A DNA stretch of 19,056 nucleotides, taken from contig JBLWVX010000040.1 in assembly GCA_048268245.1 (NCBI GenBank), forward strand, positions 1 to 19,056, in the 5' to 3' direction. Positions within the stretch are counted from its first letter, which is position 1; every line of letters begins with the position of its first letter. Below, piece after piece: positions 16,713-19,056 of the stretch. The DNA is from Arcobacteraceae bacterium. GTDB lineage: Bacteria > Campylobacterota > Campylobacteria > Campylobacterales > Arcobacteraceae. The position numbers and the translations under genes were made by a program. The notes below the pieces were generated by a model. That model did not search any database. It was not told where the DNA came from and saw only the letters and a program-made list of their open reading frames with translations.

Positions 16713-17813
16713 TTACATCAAACTCTTAATCAAATTATCCACATGTTTTTCCCCACTACTCTTGTTTAATTTTGCATATCTCATAGTTGCATTTATATCA
16801 TTATGATTCATAAGTTTTTTGATTGTAAGTATAGGTGTTTCATTTATGGCTAAATGACTTGCAAAAGTATGTCTTAATGTATGAATTGTAACTTTATTTA
16901 ATGGTTCTGTTCCCTCAGGGTTAAAAAGGATGTCAAATATAGGTTGAAGTTTTCTATAATAATATTGATTTGTATAATTTTGATTTTTTGTATTCTTAAA
17001 TAAAAAATCATCTTTTTTTATATTTGAATCAGATATGAACTGCTCTATTTCTTTTTTTAACTCTTCATTTAAAAATCCATAATATTCACTATTATTCTTG
17101 AAGTCAAACAGTCTTATAGATCCATTTGATTTAATATCTGATGATTTTATATTACAAATAGTTTGTAATCTTCCACCAGTTGCTAAACCCAACATTACAA
17201 AGTAATATAATGATCTATCATTTTTAATCGTTTCTCTTAACCTCTTAATCTCATCAATTTCTAAATACCTTAATCTTGTATTATCAACTTTTAATTTTTT
17301 AACCCCTTTACATGGGTTCTTTTCAGTAACATCATTTTCTATCGCCCAATTAAAAATTCCACCAACTTGCTGAACTATAAAATTAACTGTTGCAGGCATT
17401 AAATCTTTTTCAATTTCCACTTGAAAATTTTCAATATCAGCTTTTGTAATAGTTTTTAGAGGCTTTGAACCTATAAAGTGTTCTTTGATTCTATTTTCTA
17501 CTCTTGCTCTAGTTTTTTTATTCTGCTTATTATGTAGTTCTTTATAATCATAAAACTGTTTTGCAATTTCTAATAGTGTTTGAGACTCTTTTTTTACTGC
17601 AATATGTGGTAGATCTTCACCTAATCTAATTTTAGATGTAATTTCATTTCTTTTTTGATGACAGAAAGCCTCTCTAATACCCTCACTATGAAGCCCTATT
17701 TTCTTCCATACATCTTTTTTATTTTCTTTATATGTGATATAATAAGATTTATCCCCATTTTGAAGTTCTTGAAAATAAACTCCAGTATATCTTTTGGATT
17801 TTTGTCTAGCCAT
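16713..17813 (-). CDS. Tyrosine recombinase / integrase
   Basis: Catalytic R (TGGRL), K (DFKNN), HTLRH, H (LMNHND), Y (TMRYA); N-terminal arm-binding region. Likely start ATG 17813 (MARQK) after AAGGTG. Confidence 0.95.
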   Translation of the reverse strand: MARQKSKRYTGVYFQELQNGDKSYYITYKENKKDVWKKIGLHSEGIREAFCHQKRNEITSKIRLGEDLPHIAVKKESQTLLEIAKQFYDYKELHNKQNKKTRARVENRIKEHFIGSKPLKTITKADIENFQVEIEKDLMPATVNFIVQQVGGIFNWAIENDVTEKNPCKGVKKLKVDNTRLRYLEIDEIKRLRETIKNDRSLYYFVMLGLATGGRLQTICNIKSSDIKSNGSIRLFDFKNNSEYYGFLNEELKKEIEQFISDSNIKKDDFLFKNTKNQNYTNQYYYRKLQPIFDILFNPEGTEPLNKVTIHTLRHTFASHLAINETPILTIKKLMNHNDINATMRYAKLNKSSGEKHVDNLIKSLM

Positions 17814-17873
17814 TATTTTTAACACCTTTATTTCTAGCTGATATATAAAACTTATCTAGCCTATTTCTAGTTA
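17805..17873 (+). repeat. Putative integrase arm-type sites (right)
   Basis: TCTAGY copies at 17805, 17833, 17855 and 17866; same motif as at 7709 and 7720. Confidence 0.7.
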
Positions 17874-18000
17874 TATATTGTATTTAATTGTTTCTTAATA
17901 CATACAAATGTAAAATCTAATTTTTAAAAAGCTCTTATAAAAGCCTATTTTGTGGCTAAATGTAAGTTAATGTATTTAGATGTAAATTAGAGATATAAAA

Positions 18001-18105
18001 GACATGCTTCTTTTCCAAGGTGTTTTAGCATTTGAATACTTCACAAAACAAAAAGTTAGTGATGATGTGGTTGAAGCTATGAGAAAAGGGTTGAAAGGAG
18101 AGTAA
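18001..18105 (+). pseudogene. aroE: Displaced aroE 3' fragment at attR
   Basis: Translates to DMLLFQGVLAFEYFTKQKVSDDVVEAMRKGLKGE*, 25/34 identical to the expressed AroE C-terminus. Confidence 0.93.
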
Positions 18106-18120
18106 GATTACTCTTCTTTT
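18094..18120. terminator. Bidirectional terminator-like hairpin
   Basis: AAAGGAGAGTAA-GA-TTACTCTTCTTT between converging stop codons. Confidence 0.6.
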
Positions 18121-19056
18121 ATTTCTTGTCTTTTATCCATAATCTTATTTTTTTCTTATTATTCTTATCTATTTTATAACTAGTAATAAAACTTCTTTTA
18201 TTTAATATTTCAATAAATATTTTATTATAGTCATTTTCAATTAACAAAGTTTGTTTACCATCAAGATTACTTATTTTTGAATAGTCTACTGGTAAAAGTT
18301 TTAACAATTCTACTAATTCATCATCAGAAATGTATTCATTTTGTTCATTTAAAATTGTTATTCTTTTTTCCATTGACTCTAATGATATAATCATATTTAA
18401 AATATAATCATAGTTTTTCTCTCTACTTCTATCATCTATTTTATAAACTATCTCTGCAAGTTCATTAGAGTTAATTAATTTACTACCAATTCTCACTATT
18501 ATTTCTTTTTTTTCTAGTCTACTAAAATTTGTCGCCTTTAATATTAATTTTAAATCATTTGAATCAATTTCAAAAGTTTCCACATTTTTAATAAATTCTT
18601 TTTTTGATTTTTCAATTAAATCAATATGTAAATTTGTATTCTTTATTTTCAAATTATTGTAATTTAATTCTGTTAACTTTAATTTTCCATTAGAAATAAG
18701 TAGTCGTATTTTATCTTCATCTAATTCTTTCATATTTAAAGACAAATACCAATGATCATTACTTTTTATTAAATTTTTATATGAATCATAGTTTATATTA
18801 TTTTCTTCTAGTATTTTTCTTCTTAATATTTTCATTTTATTATTATAATGAGGGCTAGTTTTTATTATTAACGAATCTGAGTTAATCTTAATTTTTGACA
18901 ATTCTATCGCATTTTCGATTTTATTTAAATATGTAATAAGATTAGAATCTATCTTATCTATATATGAATAATATTCAATTATATTTTCCCACAAAGGCTT
19001 AACTTTATTAAATTTAATTAAGTTATCCCAAATTTTTGATTTTTCAATTTGATTTA
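18119..19056 (-). CDS. C-terminal part of a large accessory protein, YobI-like/KAP P-loop NTPase-associated region (5' end outside window)
   Basis: Frame stays open to the window edge (...IWDNLIKFNKVKPLWENIIEYY...). This W-x-N-I-x-x-Y-Y pattern resembles YobI-like tails, but the NTPase motifs are not visible. Confidence 0.6.
   Translation of the reverse strand, partial: NQIEKSKIWDNLIKFNKVKPLWENIIEYYSYIDKIDSNLITYLNKIENAIELSKIKINSDSLIIKTSPHYNNKMKILRRKILEENNINYDSYKNLIKSNDHWYLSLNMKELDEDKIRLLISNGKLKLTELNYNNLKIKNTNLHIDLIEKSKKEFIKNVETFEIDSNDLKLILKATNFSRLEKKEIIVRIGSKLINSNELAEIVYKIDDRSREKNYDYILNMIISLESMEKRITILNEQNEYISDDELVELLKLLPVDYSKISNLDGKQTLLIENDYNKIFIEILNKRSFITSYKIDKNNKKKIRLWIKDKK

Larger units (their letters stand above)
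7589..18009. mobile_element. Integrative mobilizable element inserted in the aroE 3' end (predicted circle 10410 bp)
   Basis: Direct repeat AAGACATGCTT at 7589-7599 and 17999-18009, each followed by an aroE tail. Integrase next to the right end; relaxase, oriT-like region, TA pair and HTH genes inside. Confidence 0.9.

Noticed and set aside
7589..18009. Prophage, phage satellite or self-transmissible ICE
   Set aside because: No recognisable capsid, terminase, primase, VirB4 or coupling protein; relaxase plus oriT indicates a mobilizable element.

Overview
Very AT-rich bacterial chromosomal DNA; gene content, AAGGA ribosome-binding sites and TGnTATAAT promoters suggest Campylobacterota, probably Arcobacteraceae (inference). 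Bases 1-7695 are core genes: partial sensor kinase with OmpR-type regulator, trmL, purU, malic enzyme, pgeF/yfiH, a methyltransferase, a hemerythrin, a hypothetical gene and aroE. A ~10.4 kb integrative mobilizable element is inserted in the 3' end of aroE. The 11-bp core AAGACATGCTT occurs at 7589 and 17999, and a second, diverged aroE tail lies at 18001-18105. The element encodes a tyrosine integrase, a HigBA-like toxin-antitoxin pair, two divergent Xis/AlpA-like HTH proteins, a coupled operon (membrane protein, DotA/TraY-like protein, exported protein), a hairpin-dense oriT-like region and a MOBV-like relaxase. No Rep, coupling protein or VirB4 is recognisable. The most unusual feature is a ~700-nt, ORF-poor, highly base-paired + strand region (15290-16008) with mutually exclusive long-range helices. 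It follows a CopA/CopT-like antisense-controlled attenuator, where a rep gene would normally sit, and is a candidate large structured ncRNA. Beyond the right att site is the 3' part of a YobI-like accessory gene, suggesting a tandem island. The first 154 bp form a perfect fold-back that is probably an assembly artefact.
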